From: Lingula anatina
Taxonomy: Eukaryota; Animalia; Brachiopoda
Direction: 5' to 3'
DNA: 64,000 nt
NCBI GenBank assembly: GCA_051362555.1
Contig: CM120643.1
Coordinates: forward strand, 22,076,848 to 22,140,847
Shown one piece after another: positions 51,511-64,000 of this stretch (its first letter is position 1; each line of letters opens with the position of its first letter). The notes under the pieces are model-generated. The model did not search any database and was not told the origin of the DNA. It saw only the letters and a list, made by a program, of their open reading frames with translations. Position numbers and translations under genes: made by a program.

Positions 51511-52769
51511 GAAGTTATAAAGAGAAGGAGTAGAAACAAGGGGTTTCCTTTCATCCTATCCTCGTAACGGGCTTAATCCTAATAATTACCCAGCTTGTGG
51601 TCTTAGGGAGAGCTTGTGCCTAATACATATTCAAAAGACCGTTCACGTGGGTTGCTTCAGCCAATTGGGATAAAGCCTTGCGAAGTCTCTAATAATCTCA
51701 CAGAGAAAACATGGTGGGATTACAGAAAGGTGTAGAGAGAGATTTCAAGCCTGGACGCAACCATTTTGGGAAATAAAACTCAAATCATGCGAGATACACC
51801 TTCATTTGATCTAGAGCCTATCAGTTATACAAAAATTAGTTTCACATCAAGAATGTATGAGAACAATTTCACAAACCCACCTTCAACGCTAAAATTTGCA
51901 CCTGTAGAAGTCTCATATTTATTTTAAATTCTTTTTGTCGTGTAAAGGAAATTTACCTTCATCTAGGAATGACACATTCAATTCACAGCCGTGTACACAA
52001 AACAGTAGTACTTGCAATTTCCGTATGCCAGCCTCGTTTCTTTCTTTTTTGGCACATTATTGCTTATATACCAGGTAGAGCTTAAACAGGAAAATTGGGG
52101 AAATGAAAATAAGTTATTGCACTTAGTATGATTCTAAATAAAATTTCATTAATACATATTTTTGTTTATATCTTTGTCTATAACATGAGGCCAACTAATA
52201 GTAGACTGATAGTTTAAATTCATTAGAAGAAAAAAATCAAAGAAATATTTTTATTGATTGATATTGCTTTATTTCAACATTCGAGCAACTTGTATAATAT
52301 CTAAAACAAAGTACCAGCAATGAAAATATGTCAATATTGTTACACCCAACAGTGATTAAAGCAATACAAAAATGGTTAGTTTTTATTTTGATGTGGTGAT
52401 TATTTTATTTTATACTTTAGACAATTAGCCAGTGAACACTAAATTCCCTTTTAAAACTTGGACCACTAAATTCCCTTTTAAAACTTGCACCTCTTATGCA
52501 CTATAGTTTAATTTTAGTGGTGGTAAGAAAACAGAGCCGTGTGCCTCATCAAGTTGCTGCTGGAAACAATCATTTTGACTGTTCAATTATGGCTACATGT
52601 ACATCTGCCAGCAAAACTTAAGATCTTTCACCTGCATTCTCTTCAACCTGAAATGAGTAAGTGCAGAATTCATTACAAAATATAACTCTATATCCTTAAC
52701 GAAACTCTGCAAACATCATATTGCAATAAAAAATTGAAAAAAATTCCGAGAGTTCCCTGTCATCAAATT

Positions 52770-54918
52770 TTGGACCCACCATTTTGAAAAAGTCCCAAGA
52801 AAAGTTGTTTATTTGAAACGATGTTTTTCATCTAAAGGATTGATTCATTTAATATCACAATGATATATTGTAATGGTGCACGTGCTTAACTAACCAGAAA
52901 AACATAAATTATATGCATACACCACGTTAAAATTACCAAAAATTGTCCCAAACTGTCACCCAACTGTCTCTAACCAATTTAGGGACCCGCCATTTTGAAA
53001 AAGTCGGATGAAAAGTTGTCTATTTGAAACGATGTTTTTCATCTAAAGGATTGACTCATTTAATATCACAATGATGTATTGTAATGGTGCACGTGCTTAA
53101 CTAACCAGAAAAACATAAATTATATGCATACATCACGTTAAAATTACCAAAAATTGTCCCAAACTGTCACTCAACTATCCCTTACCAATTTAGGGACCCG
53201 CCATTTTGAAAAAGTCCGATGAAAAGTTGTCTATTTGAAACGATGTTTTTCATCTAAAGGATTGACTCATTTAATATCACAATGATGTATTGTAATGGTG
53301 CACGTGCTTAACTAACCAGAAAAACAAATTATATGCATACATCACGTTAAAATTACCAAAAATTGTCCCAAACTGTCACTCAACTATCCCTTACCAATTT
53401 AGGGACCCAGAACTAACCAGAAAAACATAAATTATATGCATACATCACGTTAAAATTACCAAAAATTGTCCCAAACTGTCACTCAACTATCCCTTACCAA
53501 TTTAGGGACCCGCCATTTTGAAAAAGTCCGATGAAAAGTTGTCTATTTGAAACGATGTTTTTCATCTAAAGGATTGACTCATTTAATATCACAATGATGT
53601 ATTGTAATGGTGCACGTGCTTAACTAACCAGAAAAACAAATTATATGCATACATCACGTTAAAATTACCAAAAATTGTCCCAAACTGTCACTCAACTATC
53701 CCTTACCAATTTAGGGACCCGCCATTTTGAAAAAGTCCGATGAAAAGTTGTCTATTTGAAACGATGTTTTTCATCTAAAGGATTTATTCATTTAATACCA
53801 AAGTGATGTGTTGTAATGATGCACGTGCTTAACTAACCAAAAAAACATAAATTATGTGCATACATCACGTTAAAATTACCAAAAATTGTCCCAAACTGTC
53901 ACTCAACTATCCCTTACCAATTTAGGGACCCGCCATTTTGAAAAAGTCCGATGAAAAGTTGTCTATTTGAAACGATGTTTTTCATCTAAAGGATTTATTC
54001 ATTTAATACCAAAGTGATGTGTTGTAATGATGCACGTGCTTAACTAACCAAAAAAACATAAATTATGTGCATACATCACGTTAAAATTACCAAAAATTGT
54101 CCCAAACTGTCACTCAACTATCCCTTACCAATTTAGGGACCCGCCATTTTGAAAAAGTCCGATGAAAAGTTGTCTATTTGAAACGATGTTTTTCATCTAA
54201 AGGATTGACTCATTTAATATCACAATGATGTATTGTAATGGTGCACGTGCTAACTAACCAGAAAAACAAATTATATGCATACATCACGTTAAAATTACCA
54301 AAAATTGTCCCAAACTGTCACCCAACTGTCTCTAACCAATTTAGGGACCCGCCATTTTGAAAAAGTCGGATGAAAAGTTGTCTATTTGAAACGATGTTTT
54401 TCATCTAAAGGATTGACTCATTTAATATCACAATGATGTATTGTAATGGTGCACGTGCTTAACTAACCAGAAAAACATAAATTATATGCATACATCACGT
54501 TAAAATTACCAAAAATTGTCCCAAACTGTCACTGAACTATCCCTTACCAATTTAGGGACCCGCCATTTTGAAAAAGTCCGATGAAAAGTTGTCTATTTGA
54601 AACGATGTTTTTCATCTAAAGGATTGACTCATTTAATATCACAATGATGTATTGTAATGGTGCACGTGCTTAACTAACCAGAAAAACAAATTATATGCAT
54701 ACATCACGTTAAAATTACCAAAAATTGTCCCAAACTGTCACTCAACTATCCCTTACCAATTTAGGGACCCGCCATTTTGAAAAAGTCCGATGAAAAGTTG
54801 TCTATTTGAAACGATGTTTTTCATCTAAAGGATTGACTCATTTAATATCACAATGATGTATTGTAATGGTGCACGTGCTAACTAACCAGAAAAACATAAA
54901 TTATGTGCATACATCACG
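52770..54918. repeat. Tandem satellite, 208-211-bp unit, about 10.5 copies
   Basis: gggacc anchor at 52982, 53193, 53402, 53505 (half unit), 53714, 53925, 54136, 54344, 54555 and 54764. Confidence 0.98.
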
Positions 54919-55189
54919 CACTTAAGAAGAAAAAAGTCCTAAACATGGAGGTCCCGCTGAATCGGCCTCAGATCTTCGAGCTAACGCTGCTTTCTGCACT
55001 GACAAATTTGACTGACAGCCACCGTATGAACATAAAACAATGCTCAAAGCAGATTATCAACTCTCACTCACCTTTATATCGATCGACTTGGCGTTTTTCT
55101 AAGTATAACTTCCAAATATTCGCATTAAACATGAATAAATCAAGACGTATACGCACTGGTTCAGCTTCTCCGTATAACGTCAGTTATAA

Positions 55190-58100
55190 TTATAACGTCA
55201 GAAAATACAATAAAGGGAGTGTGATAATGATAGGGTCGCTAAACGAATTTGACGGAATATAGTGACTAGCCTAATCCTCTTGTCGCCTGGTTAGGCACGC
55301 CCCCTTAGAGTACTTATGTAAACAAAAGGTCTTCCATAGAGAACTATCCTTTTGTTCAACAGCTTCGCGCGTGCAGCGGATTATGTATATAGTGACGCTA
55401 TACAGCTAACTGCAGTTAAATCTGTGAAAGCTGTTATTTAATTTATTCTGCTGTGTCGGACGTTGTGGGCCAGCCCAATGGTTCATTCACTCATTCTTTT
55501 CTGAAGATTGGTGATGCATATTTTGAATGCTTAATTATTTGCCCTCCTTCTTACAAGAGAAAGGAAAAGGGGAGAGAAACAGAGACAGTGTCAAATAAAA
55601 AGGGTAAAGAGTAATATAATACATTAATTAAAGGGACTCGCGGTAGGAGAAACGATAGACTGTTTTGCATCAAGGTATGCAATTATAATCCCACATGGCC
55701 GTAGTTTAAATACATTACTCATAGTTGTATTAAATTACATTATTTTGCTGAATAGACATACATTTTAAAGTTGGTCTTTCAGGAAATCGTTTTGTTTGAA
55801 ATAACACAAACGACAGAGGTGAAATCACATATAAATTTATTCTGAAATAAAATGTTTCGCTAGATCGTGTTTACACTCAGCGAAATGCACATAGTGATTA
55901 TATTCAATGTGCCATCATTTAATTGCTTTCTCGGTTTAATTAATTGACGATAATAATTGCAGTAAGCAGGAAGGAGGAAATGCTGAAGACAAAACAACGC
56001 CGTGGGTATGTGTGACTTTCTCCCTTAACATTTTCTATGATGCTGTCAAAGGAAAAATAACCGAGATAGCGATCATTTAAACCGCTGCTGTTTACAGGTG
56101 GACTTCTTCGTTTATCATTTAAATGCCCCCTCCCCCAGCAGACCCAACTTGAGGAATGCCATTGTAGCTACAGTACACTGTATATCAAACTCCGGTCCAA
56201 GTTATGAACTTTTTTAAATATCGATTACAACATGCTGTACAATGACTGAGTCGTGAAAGGGGTATTGGACTTCTTTACGTTAAAAACAAATTCATTTCGA
56301 AATCAAAAGAGCATTTTTTTTGGGGGGGAGGGGGGGCGTGGGGGGAGGTAAATAGTAACTCATTCCGTAATCCTTCTTGCACATTTATTTAATCGTATCA
56401 AAACGTTTGATATACAATGTTCACTAGTGTCATGATTTTGGCGATTTATTAAAACCATATTTGTACAAAATAGGTTAGCATAAGTTAGGCAAAAACCAGT
56501 GTGAAGAACAACTCCCTTTTTAAGTGAGGCAAGACAACCTATTCAAACTGATTATAACCTTGATAAAGACACAAGGCAAAGGAGTTATGTAAACTAGCGT
56601 GTGAAAACACATTCTTTGTCACTGTTACAAGACAATGGAGGCGACCAAGTGGAGTAATTACAATATACCCTTGTACAGTCAAAGAGAAATTAGTTATGCC
56701 AGCTTACTTCGGGTCAGCCCTTAATTTGCTTGTTCGAAAGAAAGAGATAGATGTCGCAACGCGAATCCTTTTATTAACCCTTCATGGGTTTGTGTAAAAG
56801 TGTGAAAGACAGGCAACGATCTCGAGTCGCTGTACATGTTGATATTGTTCGCAATTAATATTGGAGTATACCGCCTACATGTAAACATCAGGCAAGGCGT
56901 TGAGATCGATAAAAGTGGAGGTTTATCTGAAAAATTAGATGCCATTTTTGTGAAATGACTTATTAAATGATGTGCATGTACCTAACATGTTTAAATTCTT
57001 GATTCTTATTATTTGAAACATCTTCATACACGGCCTCATATTTATATTTCTCTCAGGCCATACTCATTTGCTTGTATAACATGGGACTCTAAAGCACAGG
57101 GCATTGTGAAAGTTAATTGTCTACAGAGACTTGTTATCCTTCATGTATTTATATAGCGTGGATGAACTAGAAACATGCTTTACTTAGCTTTACTTAAATT
57201 GACTTGATGTTAACCTAACACTGGTTTTAAAAGAAGAAATATTAATATGTTCGATGGATTAAATCACCGACACCGTTCTATTTTAACTTGGTCAAATACA
57301 CAGTAACACAGATAATATTTATAAGTTGTCTGTCGTTCAGCACGCATTATAGGCGAGTAGCCAAACAGTGACGATGATCAATCCAAGTAAAATTTAGGCA
57401 TGTGTTGTTTACAAAATAGATCATGATGAATAAACCTACGCTTTAATAAACAATCACCACACGGTTCTGTTTTTGTCACTTAAAAGCTTTCGTTTAAAGA
57501 CGCTCAATGATATCAAAAATGATTCGACCCTGTAAAAATGACCGGTTCAAGGGGCATTTTTTGTTTCAGCTAGGGGGATTTCAGGAAGAGGATTCAGTGT
57601 AGGTGTTTCCTCGGATGATAGCAGCATCACACCCTAGGTCTAAGCCAGTTGACTAGAAGCTTTTTGTCCAACCATCCTATTCCTACTACTAAACTTATTA
57701 ACTCTAAACCACAAAGGTTTATGCGGTAAAAATATTTAAACTAAATGAGGTGTATTGACAGAGGCACAAGTACAATCCAACGCCAACGTGCAACAGGGGA
57801 AAGTCTGTCAGTGTATTACATAATATATGAAAGTGCGGTCAATATTAACAGTGTAAGACATCAGTTAAAGAGGAGGGGGTCTTACTATCTTTTGTTAAAC
57901 GCGACTGTTATTATCTCTCGAACAAGCTTAAACCATGCCTTATACAATTACTGTGTCTCCGGCTGTCGTGCAGAAACGGCATGTCGAACATATTTTGCTA
58001 CAGTTACAAACAGGGCAAACTAGCGACTTGTTCTAGATCGCTCTAGTAAGAAAGCATAAGTGCGGCGCCCGGGCAAAACAATCAACTACCCGGTATAACA

Positions 58101-59324
58101 TTCATATCTTAGCGTTTACATATGACGCGCAAAGAGCTAAGTACATATGACGCGCAATGAGCTAAGCAATTAGCCTTAACAAAGTGGTCCGTTTTAAAAC
58201 AACAACGAGAAAAAAGAACGCCTTGTCATAGTTAGCCCGCAATCTATTGTTAAAACCTAAGCAATAAGATTGTTAAATCAGATAAGTGATGTAAAATCAT
58301 ATAGGAAATTTACGTTAACGACGGAGACTTTCATTCGCAAAGTTAATGAAACAAGACTGGTCCAAGTTAACTGCCCATATTGAATAAATCTTAGGCTGAT
58401 AATCCTAAAGCCCTGCTTTACTTTGATAATAGTTAATTAGTAAGCTAGGTTTATTCACATCACTTATGCTGCAAACAACCCATTTTGAACGCAATCGTCA
58501 TCGCTCCAGAACAACCTGAAATCATGCCTATACAATATTAGGAGATGCACGTCGAGTAAAAGATTCAACACCTGGGTGCCCAGCACTATTATGAAAAGGA
58601 AAAATGACTTGATGTTTCATGCACAATCATCATCGAAAGCCTAATATCATTATGCTTCGTGCGCAGTCGATTTTTATCAGAATAAAAAGTGTGTTTTATA
58701 CAAGCAAAATCTAACTTTCCTTTATAACTGTTACTGAACAGCGAAGAGTTACATACACCCGGTTATAAATTTACAAATGTAATTATGAGGCTAATTTCTC
58801 TAATGTGGAATGAAATATTTTGTTGGCTTTCAAATGATAGGACACTCACTTTAATCTTAAAAGAAATTAGTTTATATGCTCGTTCCCCTAACGCGCGTGC
58901 AAAAAAGTCCCATCAAATAAACAGATACATGTACATATCTGTCTATACTGGCAACTAGTGAAAATCTATCTGTGGCCCTGATAATGGGTAGACTTCACAG
59001 CGATTATTAAATCAAAATTTATTTATGAAATTATTTAAAATAATTTATCTTTTATTTAATGATTTATACCATCTAATTTCTATCTATCTTTTTTATTTGA
59101 TTCTTAATGTCATCTTATTATTTACTTTATTCTTTAAATAATTTATTTATTTATCAAGCCCGTATCCAGCAATTTCAAAGGGGGGGGGGATCCTTTTCTG
59201 ACAAAGTGGACCTTTTACCGGAAAATCCCCATGTAATTATGTCACATTTTACCCAGAGTGGACTTTTTTTCAGCAAAAGGGGGGTCTTTCGAACCTCCCG
59301 AACTCCCCCTGGCTGCGGGCCTGT

Positions 59325-59379
<55 letters not shown>

Positions 59380-60133
59380 TTAAGACTTTCTATTATTATC
59401 CTTTTACGGATTCGCTCTATTATTTTATATAAAATGTAACTTAATGTAGTAATTGAGGCAACACGTCAGCTTGTAATGTGAAAAAATTGTTTTAATAATG
59501 TTTCTTTCTTTGTTATTTCTAAACAGTTATCTATTTTTACACAGGTAGCGATGATGGAAATTTGTGTACGGAGCATCTTTAAACTTTTTGAGACGGGGTG
59601 ATTTGTTGATCATGCTGATGTACGTTGCTGATAAATGTATATCAAATTCAATTTTTGACCACAGAACACTTCATATTGAATAAAATAACTGATACTAAAT
59701 TAAACTAGCAGTTTTCTTGCAACACTTAATTAATACATGATCTGCTGCGCGTGCCAAGCTAGTGAACAAAAGGATAGGTGGCCACGGGAGTGGCACGCTT
59801 TAGCATGGGTTCTAGCATCTTAAAGCTATAATCTTATCGCCGCAACAAACAATAGGCACCTTCTGGCTGATGTATCCTGCTGTTAATTACACCTGGTCAC
59901 AGCGGATTGTCCCGCTCGCGCTGGACCACAGAAACAGGCGTCATGGGGTTCACTCGCCTAAGGTATTTTGTGTTATTACGTCTAAACTATTGTGTTTTGG
60001 CGTTCGAATTTTGAAGGGATTAGACGGCTCTCCATTGTTTGTCCGCCCCCTTCTATTCATAGGATAGGGATTAAAACGTTTCTGACGTTTTTAAAACGTC
60101 GTACAACGGAAACTTAATTTTTATTACTACTGC
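55190..60133 (-). repeat. Family A type II reverse copy (right arm of the long inverted repeat)
   Basis: Collinear reverse complement of 17572-23240. Mirrored spurious ORFs 20118/57745, 21242/56721 and 18268/59107. Confidence 0.92.
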
Positions 60134-60568
60134 AAGGCTTGCTTTGACTTGATGTTAACCTAACACTGGTTTTAAAAGAACAAATATAAATAAGTTGGAT
60201 GGATTAAATCACCGACATCGTTCTATTTTAACTTAACGTGGTCATTTACACAGTAACACATATAATATTTATACGTAGGTTGTCTGTCGTTCAGCACGCA
60301 TTATAGGCGAGTAGCCAAACAGTGACGATGATCAATCCAATTAAAATCTGGGCAAGTATTGTTTACAAAATAGATCATGATGAATAAACCTGGCCTACGC
60401 TTTAATAAATAATCACCACACGGTTCTGTTTTTGTCACTTGAAAGCTTTCGTTTAAAGACGCTCAATGATATCAAAAATGATTCGACGCTTTAAAAAATA
60501 GACAGGTTCAAGGGGCATTTTTGTTTCAGCTAAGGGGACTTCAGGTAGAGGATTCAGTGTAGGTGTTT

Positions 60569-62013
60569 TAAGGCCAGACACAGTACTGAGTCAGCTCTAC
60601 TTAGGATTAAAAGTGATCTTTTATGTGGAGTGGATAAACATTCAGTGGTTCTTTTAGTCCTGTTGTACCTATCGGCAGCTTTTGACACTGTTAATCATGG
60701 ACCACTTTTATCTTATCTTGAAGATTTTATTGGTATTAAGGACTCTGTTCTTAGTCTTTTACGTTCTTATTTTACAAGCCGGTCAAAGCAGGTTATGATA
60801 AAAGGCATATTATCAAATGTTTCAGAAACAGCTTTTGGTGTGCCACAAGGCAGTGTTCTAGGACCTCTTGTTTTTTGCATGTATACCTTACCAATTGGGG
60901 CCATACTAAGACATCATAACATTGGCTATCATATTTATGCTGATGACACAAAGATTTTTACTTGTTGCAATCTAGAAAATCCAAAAGAATCTATTGATAT
61001 ATTGTCTAAATGTATTGACGATCTTCGCAGGTGGCTGATTAGCAATAAGTTGAAAATTAACGATGGAAAGTCTGAACTTTTGGTAGTAGGTCAGCCACAT
61101 AATCGTATGATAGCACAACAAATTCAGCTCAAAATTGGATCAAGCATTATTAAGCCAACAACCTATGCAAAAAATCTTGGTGTATTTTTAGATGGATCGC
61201 TTTGTATGAACAAACATATTGCCAGTGTATGCAGGTCAGCGGTTTTTAACATTAGGAACATACAGCTGTAAGTGCAATTCGCAATCAGTTGTCTGACTCT
61301 GCTGCGGCCACAGTCATAAATTGTTTAGTTACTGTAACTAAACAATTTATGACTGTGGCCGCAGCAGATGTAATACATCTCGATTAGATTACTGCAACTC
61401 CATTTTATACGGTTGTCCAAAGAAACAAATTGCCAGACTGCAGCGCATTCAAAATATTTCGGTCAGATTATTAACTCGGACATCCACAAGCATACACATC
61501 TCCCCAGTTTTAAAAAGTTTACACTGGCTACCTCTACAAGCCAGAATTTTATTCAAATTTTTAGTTTTTACTCACGATGCTTTTTGGCACCAATCTACAT
61601 CAATGAATTAGTTAGTCACTATGTTCCAATGCGAAATCTGCGGTCTGTAGACCAATTGCTACTCAACCCAGTAAAAATGCGATTAAAAACCTACGGTGAT
61701 ATATCTTTTAAAGCTGCAGGTCCAAAGGAACGGAATCTATTACCGCTGGAAATCTGAGCAATTCAGTCTACCAAACATTTTAAAAAAGAACTCAAAACAT
61801 ACCTTTTTAGGAAATATTTTAATTAACTCTTAATTGGTTTTATAAATCTTGTATTAATTGCATTTATTTGTATGGAATAATGGCTGTTTTACCTAGATTT
61901 TATTTATGATATTTTATGTAGTATTATTTATGATATTTTATGTAAAGTCTACTGAACATTTTAAATGGATTTTAGACTTAAAATAAATTTATTATTATTA
62001 TTATTATTATTAT
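60569..62013 (+). mobile_element. 5'-truncated L2-type LINE
   Basis: RT motifs LSAAFDTVNH, FGVPQGSVLGP and YADDT, 3' stem-loop and (ATT)n tail. Empty site aggtgtttcctcgg at 57601. Confidence 0.93.
60630..61824 (+). pseudogene. Reverse transcriptase C-terminal half
   Basis: ORF 60630..61271, continued after two small insertions as [13 protein letters not shown]...LHWLP...KKELKTYLFRKYF. Confidence 0.88.
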
Positions 62014-64000
62014 TCCTCGGATGATAGCAGCATCACACCCTAGGTCTAAGCTAAGATCTAAGAAACGGTATATTAGATCTTAGGTCTAAACGAGTTGACT
62101 AGAAGCTTTTTGTCCAAGCATCCTATTCCTACTACTTAAACTAATAACCCTAAACCACAAAGATTTATGCGGTAAAAACTATTTAAACTAAATGAGGTGC
62201 ATTGACAGAGTCACAAGTACAATCCAACGCCAACGTGCAACAGGGGAAAGTCTGACAGTGTATTACATAATACATGAAAGTACGGTTAATATGAACAGTG
62301 TAAGACATCAGTTAAAGAGGAGGGGGTCTTACTATCTATTGTTAAACGCGACTGTTCTTATCTCTCGAACAGGCTTAAACCATGCCTATACTGTGTCTCC
62401 GGCTGTCGTGCAGAAACGGCATGTCGAACATATTTTGTTACAGTTACAACCAAGGTAAACTAGCGACTTGTTCTAGATCGCTCTAGTAAGAAAGCATAAG
62501 TGCGGCACCCGGGCACAAACAATCAACTACAGGGTATAAGATTTATATCTTAGCGTTTACATATGACGCGCAAAGAGCTAAGCAATTAGCCTTGACAAAG
62601 TGGTCCGTTTTTAAACAACAACGAGAAAAAAGAACGCCTTGTCATAGTTATGAGACAAATCGCTTGCAACGTGCAACAAGGGGGATGTCTGACAGTGTGG
62701 TCACACTACATGTTTATGAAAGTACGGTGAATTAACAGTCTTAGACATCGCTCAAAGAGGAGGGGGCTTACTATAGCCCGCAATCTATTGTTAAACGCGA
62801 TCATTATCTTTTCTCAAACAACCTTAAACCAAACCTAAACAATAAGATTGTTAAATCAGATAAGTGATGAAAAATCATATTGGAAATTTACGTTGACGAC
62901 GGAGACTGTTTCATTCGCAAAGTAAATGAAACAAGACTGGTCCAAGTTAACGTCCATATTGAATAAATCTTAGAATGTTAAATCTAAAGCCCTGCTTTAC
63001 GTAGTTTGGTAATAGTTATTTAGTAAGCTAGGTTTATTCACATATATCACAAAGCATAAGGGCCTTATTCTGCAAACAACCCATTTTGAACGCAATTGTC
63101 ATCGCTCCCGAACAACCTGAAATCATGCCTATACAATAGTAGGAGATGCACGTCTGTAAAGCCTCTCTTCTGGTCCTCAAATCAAGTTCGGTCCCTTGGT
63201 TCTAAACTGTTTACTAGAGGCTCTGTTCTGGTCCTACACCTGTAAATGTCCATCATGACGTGTTCTAACGTGTTCCCCAAACGTGTCCTTGGTTGACTCT
63301 ATTATGGTCTCCAATATTTGAGGTTTAATACTTTGAGAGGCTACCAAAAAACGTACGTAAACTGAATGTTGGAAAGAAATGCATTTCAATTATTTAAATT
63401 GTATTATATTTGCTATAATATATTCTCAGATTTTTTAAAGAACACAAAAATTTTGCTGCGTGACTACCTTTAGGATGCTTAATACTACTACAATGTTTAT
63501 GGCGTTCTCTGCTTCTTGTTTTCAAGACAGTTACATTCGTAGGTGATTGTGTGCATGTGTGTGGGGGGAGGGGGTACTCACTCACTCACTCGTTCTTTAT
63601 TCCGTTTCAAGTTAGTATAAGCTCTTATTTTCATATGGACGCGTTTATTCCTGTGAATTTCCTAAATGTCCACTGGACTGTCAAGAACTATAGTGATTCA
63701 GAGCTTATATAGGCACAGTATAATGGATTTTTACTGCATACGTTTTATAAATCTATTAAAATACTGCAATTTATGTAAAGAGCTCCCTATGAAGGATAGT
63801 CTAGCTACTCTATTCATTTACGCATTTTGTTTAAGAATTTTCTTTTTCAATTTTCAGGATTTAGGGTTGAGGTATGGTCACTATAAAAATACCAAAATGT
63901 ATGCGTTTGGTGCAAGTAGTAGAAATGGATTATATTATTTTCGAATCAGCGGATCTAAAATAAACAAAGTTTATTAATAAATGCGCAATATATTCGTAAT

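Larger units (their letters stand above)
60134..63890 (-). repeat. Family A reverse copy interrupted by an L2 insertion
   Basis: Reverse complement of 19185-20958 and 23300-24020. Confidence 0.88.

Noticed and set aside
55190-60133. Inverted arm as an assembly artefact
   Set aside because: The arms differ by many substitutions and arm-specific indels and insertions.

Overview
AT-rich eukaryotic (animal, probably marine invertebrate) genomic DNA made almost entirely of repeats. I found no intact protein-coding gene, rRNA, tRNA or CRISPR array. The dominant structure is a multi-kb, non-coding, modular repeat ('family A'). Its copies lie mainly forward on the left (about 3.8-33 kb) and reverse on the right (about 50-64 kb), including a collinear 5-5.7 kb inverted pair (17.6-23.2 kb vs 55.2-60.1 kb) about 32 kb apart. 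Nested in and between these copies are many transposable elements. These are HINE/DINE-1-like Helentron derivatives with 161-bp internal arrays, a TTAA-flanked Kolobok-like element, a Sola2-like relic interrupted by a MADF-bearing Harbinger derivative, two Tc1 (DD34E) elements, hAT-, Mutator- and CACTG-type MITEs, a Harbinger nest, two L2-type LINEs, an RTE-X-like relic and a ~210-bp satellite inside a 3.7-kb insertion. Comparing repeat copies also reveals transposon excision footprints and templated fold-back scars. Two isolated exon-like segments may belong to a host gene. Superfamily calls rest on motifs and termini read by eye, not on database searches.
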